Source: a bacterium (GTDB lineage Bacteria; Elusimicrobiota; Elusimicrobia; Elusimicrobiales; UBA9959). From it: a stretch of 59,978 nucleotides of DNA. The stretch spans positions 1 to 59,978 of the forward strand of contig JAJZOZ010000002.1 of NCBI GenBank assembly GCA_021811405.1. The letters are read 5' to 3'. Both the position numbers and the translations under genes were made by a program. This document shows positions 25,801-37,800 of the stretch, in pieces; position 1 is the stretch's first letter; each line of letters begins with the position of its first letter. The notes under the pieces were generated by a model that ran no database searches, was not told the DNA's origin, and saw nothing but the letters and a program-made list of their open reading frames with translations.

Positions 25801-28800
25801 ACACGTCCACCGAGGTGGAGGAGTGGCCGAGCGCGTCCCAGGCGGTCACGGTGATGTAGTTAGTGCCCGGCGCCAGCAGCGCCCAGTCCGCGCCGTAAAC
25901 GCCCCAGTTCTGGGTATAGGCCGGGAGGGGAGCCCCGGAGAATATCGGCGTGGAAGGCGCGACCTGCGCGCCCGTGCGCCCCGGCCCGGTCCAGGCCTCG
26001 TAGGCGGCCGTGGACACGCCTATGCCGGAGTCGGAGAAGTCCACGTCGAACACCGGGCCGGGGTTGGCCTTGTACCAGGTGGTGTCGCCGTCCTGCAGGT
26101 CGGCCACCGACGGGGGAGAGGTGTCCTTGCGCACGTAGAAGACGTCGGAGGCCGCGCCCATGTTCCCGGCCACGTCCCACGCCCGCACAGAAACGTAGTT
26201 GTAGCCTTCGGCCAGCGCCGCGAAGTCCACGGCCCAGTCCGAGGTGGAGAGCACGGTGCGGCTGGAGAAGAGCTGGGTCCAGCCCTTGACCTGCGCGCCG
26301 GTAAGGCCGGGGCCGGTCCAGGCGGAATAAGCCGCGCTGGAGAGCAGCGAGCCGTAGTCGGCGAAGTCCACGTCGTAGAGCGTGCCGGCGGCGGTGCGCC
26401 AGACGCCGTCGCCCGCCTGGTTGCCGGTGACGGCGGGCGGCGTGGTATCCTTCAGCACGCGGAACGCGTCGGTGATCGTGTAGGTGCTGCCGGCGCCGTC
26501 GAAGACCATCACCGAGACGTAGTTGGTGGCGCTGTCGTAGAGCGAGTTCCAGACGCCCAGCGACAGCGGCCAGTCCACCGGGTAGGAGGCCAGGCCGATG
26601 CCCGTTATGTTGTCGGTCCAGTCGAAGGCCTGTATGCCGGTGCCGCCGGGGCCGGTGCTGGCCTTAAGCTGGAACTTCGACACCAGCGAGCCGCCGGTGT
26701 CGGCGAAGTGGACGCTGTAGACGCCGCCGTTGGAATTGCGCCAGGAGAACTCCCCGCTCTGGAGGTTCTGCGCGGTGGGCGGCGTGGTGTCCTTCTTCAC
26801 GTAGAAGGCGTCCTTGAGCACGGCGGTGGAGCCCGCCACGTCCCACGCGCGCACCGAGACGTAGTTGGTCACGCCTTCCCTGAGCGCGGCGAAATCCAGC
26901 GGCCAGTCGGCCGAATACAGGGCGCCGGAGGGCCCGGCTATTGCGGTCCAGCCCTTCACGCCGCCGTCGGCGGAGGCCGGCGCGGTGCTGGCGCTGTACT
27001 CCAGGGCGGCCAGGCCGCTCATCGGGTCGGCGAAGTCCAGGTTGTAGGCCCTGCCGGCGCTGCGCCAGGCGGCGTCCCCGCCGGCCTCCCCGTTGACGAA
27101 GGCCGGCGGCGTGGTGTCCTTCAGGATGAAGAACGGCTGGAAGCCGAACGTGGCCGAGCTCTGCGCGTTGTCCCAGACGCGCACCGAGATGTAGCTGGTG
27201 CCTTCGCCCAGCAGGTCCCACAGGGTCTGCGGCAGCGGCCAGTCCGCCGTGTAGGAAGCGGCGTTAATGCCGGTGACGGCGTCGCTCCAGTCGAAGTACC
27301 ACGGTCCCAGCGTGCCGGCGTTGTAGGAGGCCCGGGCCTGGACTTTCGAGAGGTTCGAGCCGCCGGTATCGGCGAGATCGATGTTGTAGACGGTACCGGA
27401 GCTGTTGCGCCAGTAGGAGTCCCCGGCCTGGTTGTCCGCGAGCGAGGGCGGCGTGGTGTCCTTGAACACCCTGAAGGCGTCGGCCACGGTGGAGGTGTTG
27501 CCGGCCACGTCGTAGGCGCTCAGCGAGACGTAGTTGGTCGCGCCCTCGGCCAGCAGGCTGAAGGAAGAGGGCGGTATCGCGAAGTCCGTTGTATATGAGG
27601 CCGCGCCTATGCCCGTCTGTATGGGAGTCCAGTCGAAGAGGTACGGGCCGGCGCCCGGCACGGTGGAGACCCGCAGCTCGAAACCGGAGAGCAGGGAGCC
27701 GCCGGCGTCGGCGAAGTCCACGTTATACAGCGCGCCGGGGCCGTTGCGCCAGCTCAGGTCGCCGCCCGCGATATTATTGGTCACCTGCGGCGCCACGGTG
27801 TCCTTCTTCACGTAGAACACGTCGGCGAGCTCCGCGAAGAGGCCGGCCTGGTTGTAGGCCCGCACCGACACGTAGTTGGACTGCCCGCTGAGCATAGCGT
27901 CGAAGACGGGTGCGGGCAGGCCCCAGTCCGCCGTATACGTGTAGGCGTTGAGGCCGCTCACCGCTGCGGTCCAGCCGGAGGTGAAGGGCCCCAGGTTGCC
28001 GGGCAGCGTGGAGGAGCGCACCTCGAAACGGTCCAGCGGCGAGCCGCCCAGCGCCTGGGCGTCCACGTCGTAGAGCGCGTTGCCGGAGGAGCGCCAGACG
28101 TCGTCTCCGAGCTGGTTGTCGGTCAGCGTGACGGTCCGGGTGTCCTTCCTGATATGGAACGCGCCGGCCAGCGCGGCCGAGGAGCCGGCGGTGTCGAAGA
28201 CGCGCACGGAGATGTAGGAGGTGCCGGGGCCCAGCAGGTCCCACAGCTGGGAGGTGAGCTGCCAGTCGGCGGTATAGCTCTGCGCGTTGATGGCGGATAC
28301 GAGCGTGGTCCAGTCGAACAGCGGCGTGCCGGCGCCGGCCGCGTCGGTGGTGGCCTTCACCTGGAAGTGGTCCACGCCGGAGCCGCCGGCGTCGGCGAAG
28401 TCCACGTTGTAGACGCCGGTGTTGGCGCCGCGCCATACGTAGTCCCCGGCCTGGTTGTTCTGCACCGACGGCGGCGTGGTGTCCTTGCGCACCACGAAAA
28501 CGTCCGCCTGCTGGGCGGAATTGCCGGCGCCGTCGTAGACCCTCACGCTGACGTAATTCTGGCCCTCGCCCAGAACGGCGAAATCCGGGCCCCAGAGCTG
28601 GTTGTAATAGGTGGCGTTAATGGCCAGCACCCGGTCGGTCCAGTCCTGCGCCAGCGTGCCGGTGCCGGCCGGCCCCGACGTGATGCGCGTCTGGAAGCGG
28701 TCCAGCCTGGAGCCGCCCAGGTCGGAGAAGCCCACGTTGTAAACGGCGCCGGGGTCGGAGGCGTGCCAGAGGTTGTCGGCGGGCTGGTTGTTCAGTATGG

Positions 28801-31800
28801 CCGGGTTCGTCACGTCCTTGAGGACGTAGAAGACGTCCGCGAGCTCGCGGCTGCTGCCCAGCACGTCGAAGGCGCGCACGCTGACGTAGTTGGTGGCGCC
28901 CTCCGCCAGCGCGAAGAAGTCCACCCCCCAGTTCGCCGTGTACGAGGCGATCCCGGTGGACGAGAAGATGCCGGTCCAGTTCTTCAGGAGCGTGCCGCCG
29001 CCGGCCGGGGCGGAAGTGATGCGGTACTGCGCGGTGGCCAGGCCGGAGCCGAGGTCGGAGAAGTCGACGTCGTAGACGGCGCCGGAGGCGCGGCGCCACG
29101 TAGTGTCCCCCGCCTGGTTGTCCGCGATGGCGGGGGCGGAAGTGTCCTTTCTTATCACGAAGGCGTCCACGGCCTTCGAGGAGAAGTCCACCCGGTTGAA
29201 CGCCCGGACGCTGACGTAGTTCTGTCCCTCCCGGAGCGCGGCGAAGTCCACCGGCCAGGCCGCGCTGTAGCCGGCGGACCCGGAGGGCGTGGAGAAGATA
29301 TCGGTCCAGTCCTTCACGAGCGTCCCGCCTTCCGCCGGCGCCGCGGTGATCCTGTACTGGCCGGTGGTCAGGCCGGAGACCAGGTCCTGGAAGCTCACGT
29401 TGAACACGGCGCCCGGGTCCGAGAGGTACCACGGCGTGGGGGAGGCCTGGCCGTTGGTTATCGTGGGGCTGGAGGTGGCCGCCGTGAAGGAGCGGGTGGA
29501 GGACCAGGCCGCGTAGTTGCCTGCCGCGTCCCCGGCGCGGACCCGCCAGAAATACGCGCCGCCGGCCAGTCCGGAGACAGAGGCGGAAGCGGCGGCTGTC
29601 ACGGAACTGGCGCTGACCTGGGCGAACTCCTGCGAAGTGGAGAGCTGCAGCTCGTAGGCGGAGACCCCGGACCGCAGGTCCGAGGAGGCCGTCCAGGCGA
29701 AGGAAACCGCGCCCGTGGAGAACAGCGCCCCGTCGGCCGGGGACGACTGGCTCACGGCGGCGGGCGGCGTGGTGTCCTTGAGGACGTAGAAGGCGTCGGC
29801 GGAGGCCGAGCTCTGCGCCAGCTCGTCAAAGGCGCGCACGCTGACAAAGCCGGTGGTCCATTCCTGCAGCGCGGAGAAGTCGACGGGCCAGTCTGCCGTG
29901 TACGAGGCCGCCCCGGTGGGATAGGCGATGTCGGTCCAGTCCTTCAGCACCGCCCCGGCGCCGGCCGGCAGCGTCGTGATCCGGTACTGCGCCGTGGAGA
30001 GCCCCGAGAGGGGATCGAAGAAATCCACGTTGTAGGTCTTGCCGGCCGCGTTCTGCCACGCGGCGTCGCCCGCCTGGTTCAGGCCGAGGGACGGCGGCAC
30101 GGTGTCTTTCAGCACGTAGAAAGCGTTGCCCAGGGTGGAAGAACTGGGCAGCAGGTCGAAGACCGCCAGCGAGACGTAATTCCTGCCCGGCGCCAGCGCG
30201 TCGAACACGGCCTGGGGCAGGGACCAGTCCGCGGTATAGACCGTGGAGCCTATGTTATAGGCCGCGCTGGTCCACGCCACCAGGTAGGAGGGCGCCGCGG
30301 CGGAGGTGGCGGCCGTCACCTGGAAGTAATCCAGGTTGAAGCCGGACTCCGCCTGGAAGTCCACGTTGTAAAGCCCCGTATTGGCCGCGCGCCAGGCGTT
30401 ATCCCCCGCCTGGCCGTTGATTATCAGCGGGCCGGAACCCTCCTTGTAGACGCTGAAGACGTCGTTATAATACGAAACCCCTCCGGCGTTGTCGTAGACG
30501 CGCGCGCTGACGTAGGAAACGGCCAGGTTGGGCAGCGCCATATAATTGACCGGCCAGTCCGCGAGGTAGTCGGCGGCGTTGATGCCGGCGGCTATGTCGG
30601 TCCAGGTCACCACCTCGCCCCCGGTGCGCCCGGGCTGCGTCCAGACGGCGTACTGCGCCTTCGAGAGCAGCGAGCCGCCGGTATCGTGGAAGTCCACGTT
30701 CATCGCGTTCACGTCGGCCTGGCTCCGGGCCAGGGCTATGTCGGCCTGGTTATCCGAGGCCGTGGGCGGCGTGGTGTCCTTCCTGACGTAGAAAACGTCC
30801 GCCAGCAGCGAGGACTGCGCGAGCCTGTCGTAGGCGCGCACCGTGACGTAGCTGGCGCCTTCCGGCAGCAGGCTCCAGGAGGCGGCGGAAAGGCCCCAGT
30901 TGGCGCTGTAGGTGGAGACCGCCAGGCCGCTGGCGACGTCCGTCCAGTCGGCCAGCAGGGTGCCGCCCTGCGCCGGCTGCGAGGTGATCCGGTACTGTAT
31001 CGTGGCCACGCCGGAATAGAGGTCCAGGAAATCCACGTCGTAAACGGCCCCGGGGTTGGCGGCGCGCCAGACGTCGTCCCCGGCCTGGTTGTCCAGCATG
31101 GCCGGGGCGGAAGTGTCCTTCAGCACGTTGAAGACGTCGGAGCGGGTGGCGGTGGAGCCGGCCGCGTCCCAGGCCCGCGCGGAGATATAGTTGGTCCCGG
31201 CGGCCAGCAGGGAGAAGTTCACGCTCCACGGGCCCGGATAGGCCAGCCGCGGCGTGCCGGAGGAAATGACTGTCCACGGGACGGAATTGGAGCCGGTCTG
31301 GCCGGGTCCCGTCCAGGCGGAGTACTGCATGGTGTCCAGGCCAGTCATGTCGTCGGAGAAAGGCACGTTGTATACCGCGCCCGGGTCCGAATTGCGCCAG
31401 TTCGTCTCTCCGGGCTGGCTGTCGGTGACCACGGGAGCGACAGTGTCCGCCAGCACCCTGTAATAGGCGCTGTAGCCGGAATAGTTGCCGGCGTTGTCCC
31501 TGGCCCTGGCCTGCCAGTACCAGGTGGCCCCGGAAGGCAGCGCCGCGGCCTGCTGGGACGCGGCGGGCGCGGCCGAATAGGCCACGGGCGAGAAGGAGGC
31601 CGAGGTGGCCGCGCGCAGCTCGTAGCCGGCTATGCCGGAGGAGCCGTCGGAGGAATCCGTCCAGTCCAGCAGCGGGGAAAGGGTAGCGCGAGGGGCGAGG
31701 TCGGCGGGCGAAACGGCCGCGGGAGCGGAAGGCGGAGTGGTATCCTTCATGACGTAGAAGGCGTCGTCGAGCTCGGCGGAGTTGCCGGCGTTGTCGTAGA

Positions 31801-34800
31801 CGCGCACCGACACCATGCCGGGGCCTTCCGGCAGGGCGGTGAACGTGGAGGCGGGCAGGGCCCAGTCCGCGGTATAGGAATTGGAGTTGATGGAGGCGGC
31901 CTGGGGGTACCAGTCCGCGACCAGGGTACCGGTAAGGCCGGGGCCCGTGGTCACCTTCACCTCGAAGCGCGAGAGCCCGGAGCCGCCCGCGTCGGCGAAG
32001 TCCACGTTGTAGACGGTCCCCGATGAGGAGCGCCAGGCGGCGTCGCCGAGCTGGTTGTTGGCTACCGACGGGGCGGTCACGTCCTTCCTGACGTAGAAGA
32101 CGTCGCTGACGGCGGTAGTGGCGCCGGCCACGTCCCAGACCCTCACGGAAACGTAGTTGGTAACGCCCTCGGCGAGCGCGGCGAAGTCCACCGCCCAGTC
32201 GGCCGTATAGGAAGGCGCGTTGATGCCGGAGGCGATATAGGTCCAGTCCTTCACGAGCGTGCCGCCCTGGCCGGGGGCCGAGGTTACCTTGTACTGCGCG
32301 GCCGACAGGCCGGAGGCGCCGGAGTCCTCGAAGTCCACGTCGTAGAGGGTGCCGGGGGCGTTGCGCCAGACGTCGTCGCCCGCCTGGTTGTCCAGTATCC
32401 TGGGAGCGGCGGTGGACTTGCGGACGTAGAACGCGTCGGACAGCGCGGCGGAGAGGCCGGCGCCGTCATAGACCCGCACGGACAGGTAGTTGAGCCCGCT
32501 GGCCAGCGAATCGAATACGGCCTGCGGCAGCGTCCAGCCGCCCGGGTAGGAGCCGGCCGCCAGGCCCGAAGCCACGGTGGTCCAGTCGGCGGTGATCGTG
32601 CCGGTCTGGGCGGGACCGGTGGTCGCCTTCACCTGGAAGTAGGACAGCCTGGAGCCGCCGGTGTCGGCGAAACTGACGGCATAGGAGCCCGAATTGACGG
32701 GGCGCCAGACGTCGTCCCCGGCCTGCGAGTCGGTTATGGAAGGCGGCGTGGTGTCCTTGCGCACGTAGAAGACGTCGCTGAGGGAAGCCGAGTTGCCGGC
32801 GTTGTCCCAGACCCGCGCGGAGATGTAGGAGGTGCCCTCCGGCAGCAGCAGCCAGGTGGAGATGCCGAGGTCGAAATCCTGCGTGTAGGAGGCCGAGTTG
32901 ATGGCCGCCGACCTGTCGAACCAGTCCGAGAGCACCGTGCCGGTCTGGTTGGGGCCGGAGGTGATCTTCAGCTGGAACTTCGACAGCAGCGAGGCGCCGG
33001 TGTCCTGGAAGTCCACGTTGAACAGCGCGCCGGGAGCGGCCCGCCAGACGTCGTCGCCGGGCTGGTTGTCCACTATGGCGGGCGAGTAAGCGTCCTTCTT
33101 GACGTAGAACACGTCCTGGGCGGTGACGGTGGAGCCGGCGGCGTCCCAGACCCTCACGGACACGTAATTGGTGCCGTCGCCCAGCAGGGAGAAGTCGACG
33201 CCCCAGGTGGAGGAATAGGAATCCGAGCCCAGCGGCGTGGAGGTTATCACGGTCCACGGGATATGGTTGACGCCGGTGCGGCCGGGGCCGGACCAGGCGG
33301 AGTATTCCAGCGAGTCTATGTGAGAGCCGCCGGCATCGGCGAAGGAGACGTTATAGAGCGTTCCGCCGGCGGAGCGCCAGGCGTCGTCGCCGGCCTGCGC
33401 GTCGGCCACCGCGGGCGGCGCCGTGTCCACCCGCACGGAGAACGTGGAACCGTAGGCGCCGTAGTTCCCGGCGTTGTCGCGCGCCCTGGCGCGCCAGTAG
33501 AACAGCCCGGAAGGCAGGCTGGCCGGGTACTGGGAACCCGCCGTCGCCGCGCTGGCGTAGTTCACGGCGAAGTCCTGGGAAGTGGCCACGTAGACCTCGT
33601 AGCCGGAGATCCCGGAGCCGGCGTCAGCGGCGTCCGTCCAGTCCAGCAGCGGCGAGGCGCTGTTGGTCACCTTGCCGTCGGCGGGAGAGACCCCCGCCAC
33701 CGCGGAAGGCGGAGAGGTGTCCTTGCGCACGTAGAAGGCGTCGGTCAGCGTGGAGGAATTCCCGGCGTTGTCCCAGGCCCGCGCGGAGATATAGGAGGTG
33801 CCCTCCGGCAGCAGCAGCCAGGTGGAGATGCCGAGGTCGAAATCCTGCGCGTAGGAGGCCGCGTTGACGGCGGTCGCGCGGTAGAACCAGTCCGAGAGCA
33901 CCGTGCCGGTCTGGTTGGGGCCGGACGTGATCTTCAGCTGGAACCCGGCCAGCTGGGAGCCGCCGGCGTCGGCGAAATCCACGTTGAACAGCGCGCCGGG
34001 AACCGCACGCCAGACGTCGTCGCCGGGCTGGTTGTCGGTGATGACGGGGGCGGAGACGTCCTTGCGGATATAGAACACGTCGTCCGAGGAGGCGGAGTTG
34101 CCCGCGCGGTCCGAAGATTGCACGGAAACGTAGCTGGTGCCGTTGGGCAGCAGGGCCCAGTTGGTCGGCGACAGCGCCCAGTCGGAGTTATAGGCGGGGG
34201 CGGCGATGCCGGAAGCTATGACGCCGCCCGAGAAGGGGACCAGCTGCGCGCCCGTGCGGCCTGGGCCGCTGTAAACGGCGTAGCTGACCGTGTCCAGCAG
34301 GGAGCCGCCGGCGTCGTTGAAATGGACGGCGTAGAGCGTGCCGGAGGCGTTGCGCCAGACGTCGTCCCCGGCCTGCGCGTCCACGGCGACGGGTGGCGCG
34401 GTGTCGACGTATACGGCGCGCGTGGAGGTATAGGCCGAGTAATTGGAGACCAGGTCCACGGCCCTGACGCGCCAGTAGTACATGCCGCTGGCCAGCGCCG
34501 CGGAGGTGGATCCGGAGACCGACGGCGCGGCGCTGTAGGCCGGCGCGGCGAAATCCGCGGAGGTGGCCACCTGCAGCTCGTAAGCGGCCACGCCGCTGGC
34601 CAGGTCCGAGGAATCCGTCCAGTCGAAGAAGACGGCCGGGTCCTTCAGGAACGCGCCGTCGGCCGGCAGCGAGAGCGCCGGCAGCGTGGGCGGAGTGGTG
34701 TCCTTCTTGACGTAGAAGGCGTCGGTTATCGGCGCCAGCGACGTGTTGTCCGAACCGTCGGTGGAGCGCACCGTGACGTAGTTGTAGCCCTCTTTCATCG

Positions 34801-37800
34801 CGGCCCAGGTGCCGGCGGAGAGCGGCCAGTCGGCGGTATAGACGTCCACCCCCGAGGTGGAGACCTGCGTGGTCCAGCCCTCGAGCAGCGCGCCGGTCTG
34901 GTTCGGGCCGGAATAGACCCTGGTCTGTATGCCGCGCAGGTGCGAGCCGCCGGTGTCGGCCGCGTCTATGTTGTAGACGCCGGTGTTCGTCCCGCGCCAG
35001 GCGTCGTCACCCGGCTGGTTGTCGGTGACGGTGGGCGGCACTATGTCGTGGCGGTCTATGGCCAGCATGGCCGGCATGTAGTTCCGGTCCGAGATGGTGG
35101 TGGTATGAGGCGTCGGGTCCAGCGTGAACACGCTGCCGCTCCAGGCGGCGCCGCGCAGGTCGCGCGAGGAGGACCAGCCGGTGAGCATCAGGTTGTTCGA
35201 CTTGGTGTCCGGCTCCAGCTCCACGCCGTAGACCACGTTGCTCCAGTTGCCCACGCTGTACGCAGCGGCCAGTGTAGTAGCCCAGCCGCCGGCCTGCGAC
35301 CAGTAGGAGTACAGCACGGTAGGCAGGGACCTGTGCGCCGAGGCCACCACGAACTTGCCGTCCCGGGTCCAGGCGGCGTCGATGGTCCTGGACTGGTTGC
35401 CGTTCCTGGCCACGCTGGCGTTCTCCGTGGCCGAAGGGAACCAGCCGGTGCCGTCCCAGATGGCGGCGTTCCAGTCGCGGACGGAATCTATGGAAGCGGC
35501 GCCTATGTAGTTGGAGTTGGGGTCCGAGGCCAGCCGCAGCCAGTTGGAGTTGCCGTCGGCTCCGATGAACGTGAACTCCGTCGTGGTGAACTGGGCCCAG
35601 GAAACGCCGTTCCACAGCCAGGTGATCGCCTTGCCGGTGACGGCCGTGCCTCCGTAGCTCACGAGGCAGTGCCCCGACAGGCTCTCCCAGGCCACGTCGA
35701 AATTCTGGTAGGTGGTAAGGCCGAGGTTGTTCACTATAGTGGTCACATCGGACCAGAGCGAGCCGGTCCAGCGGGCGGCGGTGAGCTGATTGGAGCTGAG
35801 GTTGGAGAATGCGGCCATCAGCTCGCTGGACCCAGGCCTGGCCTCCAGCCGCACCCAGACCGCGGCGGCGGCGGGATCTCCGGCGGCGAGGGTCTGCGCC
35901 CCGGTCCAGGAGGAGCCGTCGTAGATATTGTAATAGAGAGTGCCGACCGCGGCACCCTGGTACAGCACCACGGCCCTGCCCGTGTTCTGCTCATAGGCTA
36001 TGTCGAAGCCTCTGTAGGCGGAATCAGTGGCCCCTATGGTGGTGGTGCTCCATTCGTTGGTCCATTGGCCGTTGAGGCCGTTATACCTCTGTATCTGCAG
36101 CGTGCCGTCCGAGAACAGTATGCCGGCCAGCTTCTCGTTCCTGAGCGGAGAGGCCCGGACTATCACGTGCCTGGCCACGGCGCCGGCGGCCGCGTTGGCG
36201 GCGAGGCTGGTCTGCACGCCCGCGAAAGAGGGCGGGGTCCACTTGCGTACGTACGGCGTGTTGCCCGTGCCGTTGCCGAACATGAACATGCCGGGAGTCC
36301 CCTCTCCCACCTTGGCAGGCGCCGACGGACTGTTGGACAGCGGAGAGGTATTGGCGACTTCGTCCACCGCCTTTACGGCCCAGTAGTAGGTGACCCCCGG
36401 TGTGAGATTGTCTATCCCCTGCGCCTCCGGGACCCCGGGATACTGCGGCACCCAGGCCTGCGCGTAGATATTGGCCCCGTCCCACAGCAGGGCCGACGTG
36501 ACGGCCTGGTCGGTGCGGTAGCGCACCTGGTAGGCCGTCGCGGTGCCTAGGGAGACCCCGTTGTCCCCCACCGCCGTCCAGGAGAGCGCTATCTGGCCGT
36601 CGAAACCTCCCTGCTGCGCCGCGAGGTCCGTTATGGCGCCTGGAGGCGTCGTGTCCGGGCCGGCGGACGCGGTGGCGGTGTTGGAGACGGCCGAGATATT
36701 ACCCGCCCTGTCCACCGATTTCACGGCGATATGATAGGCGGTGTTCGGAGCCAGGCCGGTAAGGTTGTAGCTCTCCGGCGAGCCGGGACCGACCGGCGTC
36801 CAGGACTGCGTGTAGGTGTCGGCCGTGTCGAAATTGCCGGCGGCGATGACGATATAGGAGGAGAACTTCACGAGGTACGAGCTCACGGCGGCGCCGCCGT
36901 CGTCCGGCGCCGTCCAGGACAGCGCTATGACCCCTTCGGCGCCCGTGACGCCGGCCAGCGCGCCTATGGCCGGCGCCGGGGCGGTATCCTTGCGCACGTA
37001 AAAGACGTCGGCCAGGGAGGAAGTGGAACCGGCCATGTCGAAAGCGCGCACCGAGATGTAGCTGGTGCCCGGGGCCAGCAGGTCCCATTGCGCCTGGGGG
37101 ATGGACCAGTCCGCGGTGTAGGACGCGGCGTTGATGCCGGCCACGGCGTCGGTCCAGTCGAAGAGCAGCGTACCGGTCTGGCCGGCCCCCGTCATGGCCT
37201 TGAGCTGGAACTTCGCCGCCAGGGACTTATCGTCGGCGAAATCCACGTTGTAGAGGCCGGAGTTGGAGGCGCGCCAGACGTCGTCGCCGGCCTGGTTGTC
37301 GGTTATCACGGGACCGGAGGTATCCTTCCTGACGTAGAAGGCGTCGGAAAGCGCGGAACCGTTGCCCGCGCTGTCCAGCGCGCGCACCGAGACCTGGTTG
37401 GCACCCTCGCGCATCGCCGCGAAGACGGCGGGAGGCAGCGCCCAGTTCGCCGTGTAGGAAGCGCCGGAGAGCGCGGAGACCGGCGTCCAGTCGGCCAGCA
37501 CCGTGCCGCTCTGGTTCAGGCCGGTGGTCACCTTCACCTCGAAGGAGGCCAGGCCGGAGAGCTGGTCCGCGAAGTCCACGTCGTAGACGCCGGTATTGGC
37601 GGAGCGCCAGGCGTCGTCGCCGGCCTGGTTGCCGGAGATGGCGGGGCCGGCGACGTCCTTGCGCACGTAGAAGACGTCGGCCAGCGTAGTAGTGGAGCCG
37701 GCGTTGTCCATGACCCTTACGGATACGTAGCTGGTGCCGGACTGGAGCAGCGTGAAGGCGCCCGCCGAGAGCTGCCAGTCCGCGGTATAGGAAGTCAGCC

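Noticed and set aside
22517-27598. Very long plus-strand ORFs antisense to the giant gene (22517..27598, 1693 aa). Others are 28154..32026, 33263..36550, 36731..38593, 40856..43075, 46070..47698 and 19694..22324. Same-strand off-frame ORFs also occur (for example 43956..46070 and 18413..19651).
   Set aside because: They overlap a frame with clear domain structure. Their products are Arg/Gly/Ala/Val/His-rich with no motifs, as expected for non-coding frames of ~68% GC DNA. None has its own RBS or promoter context.
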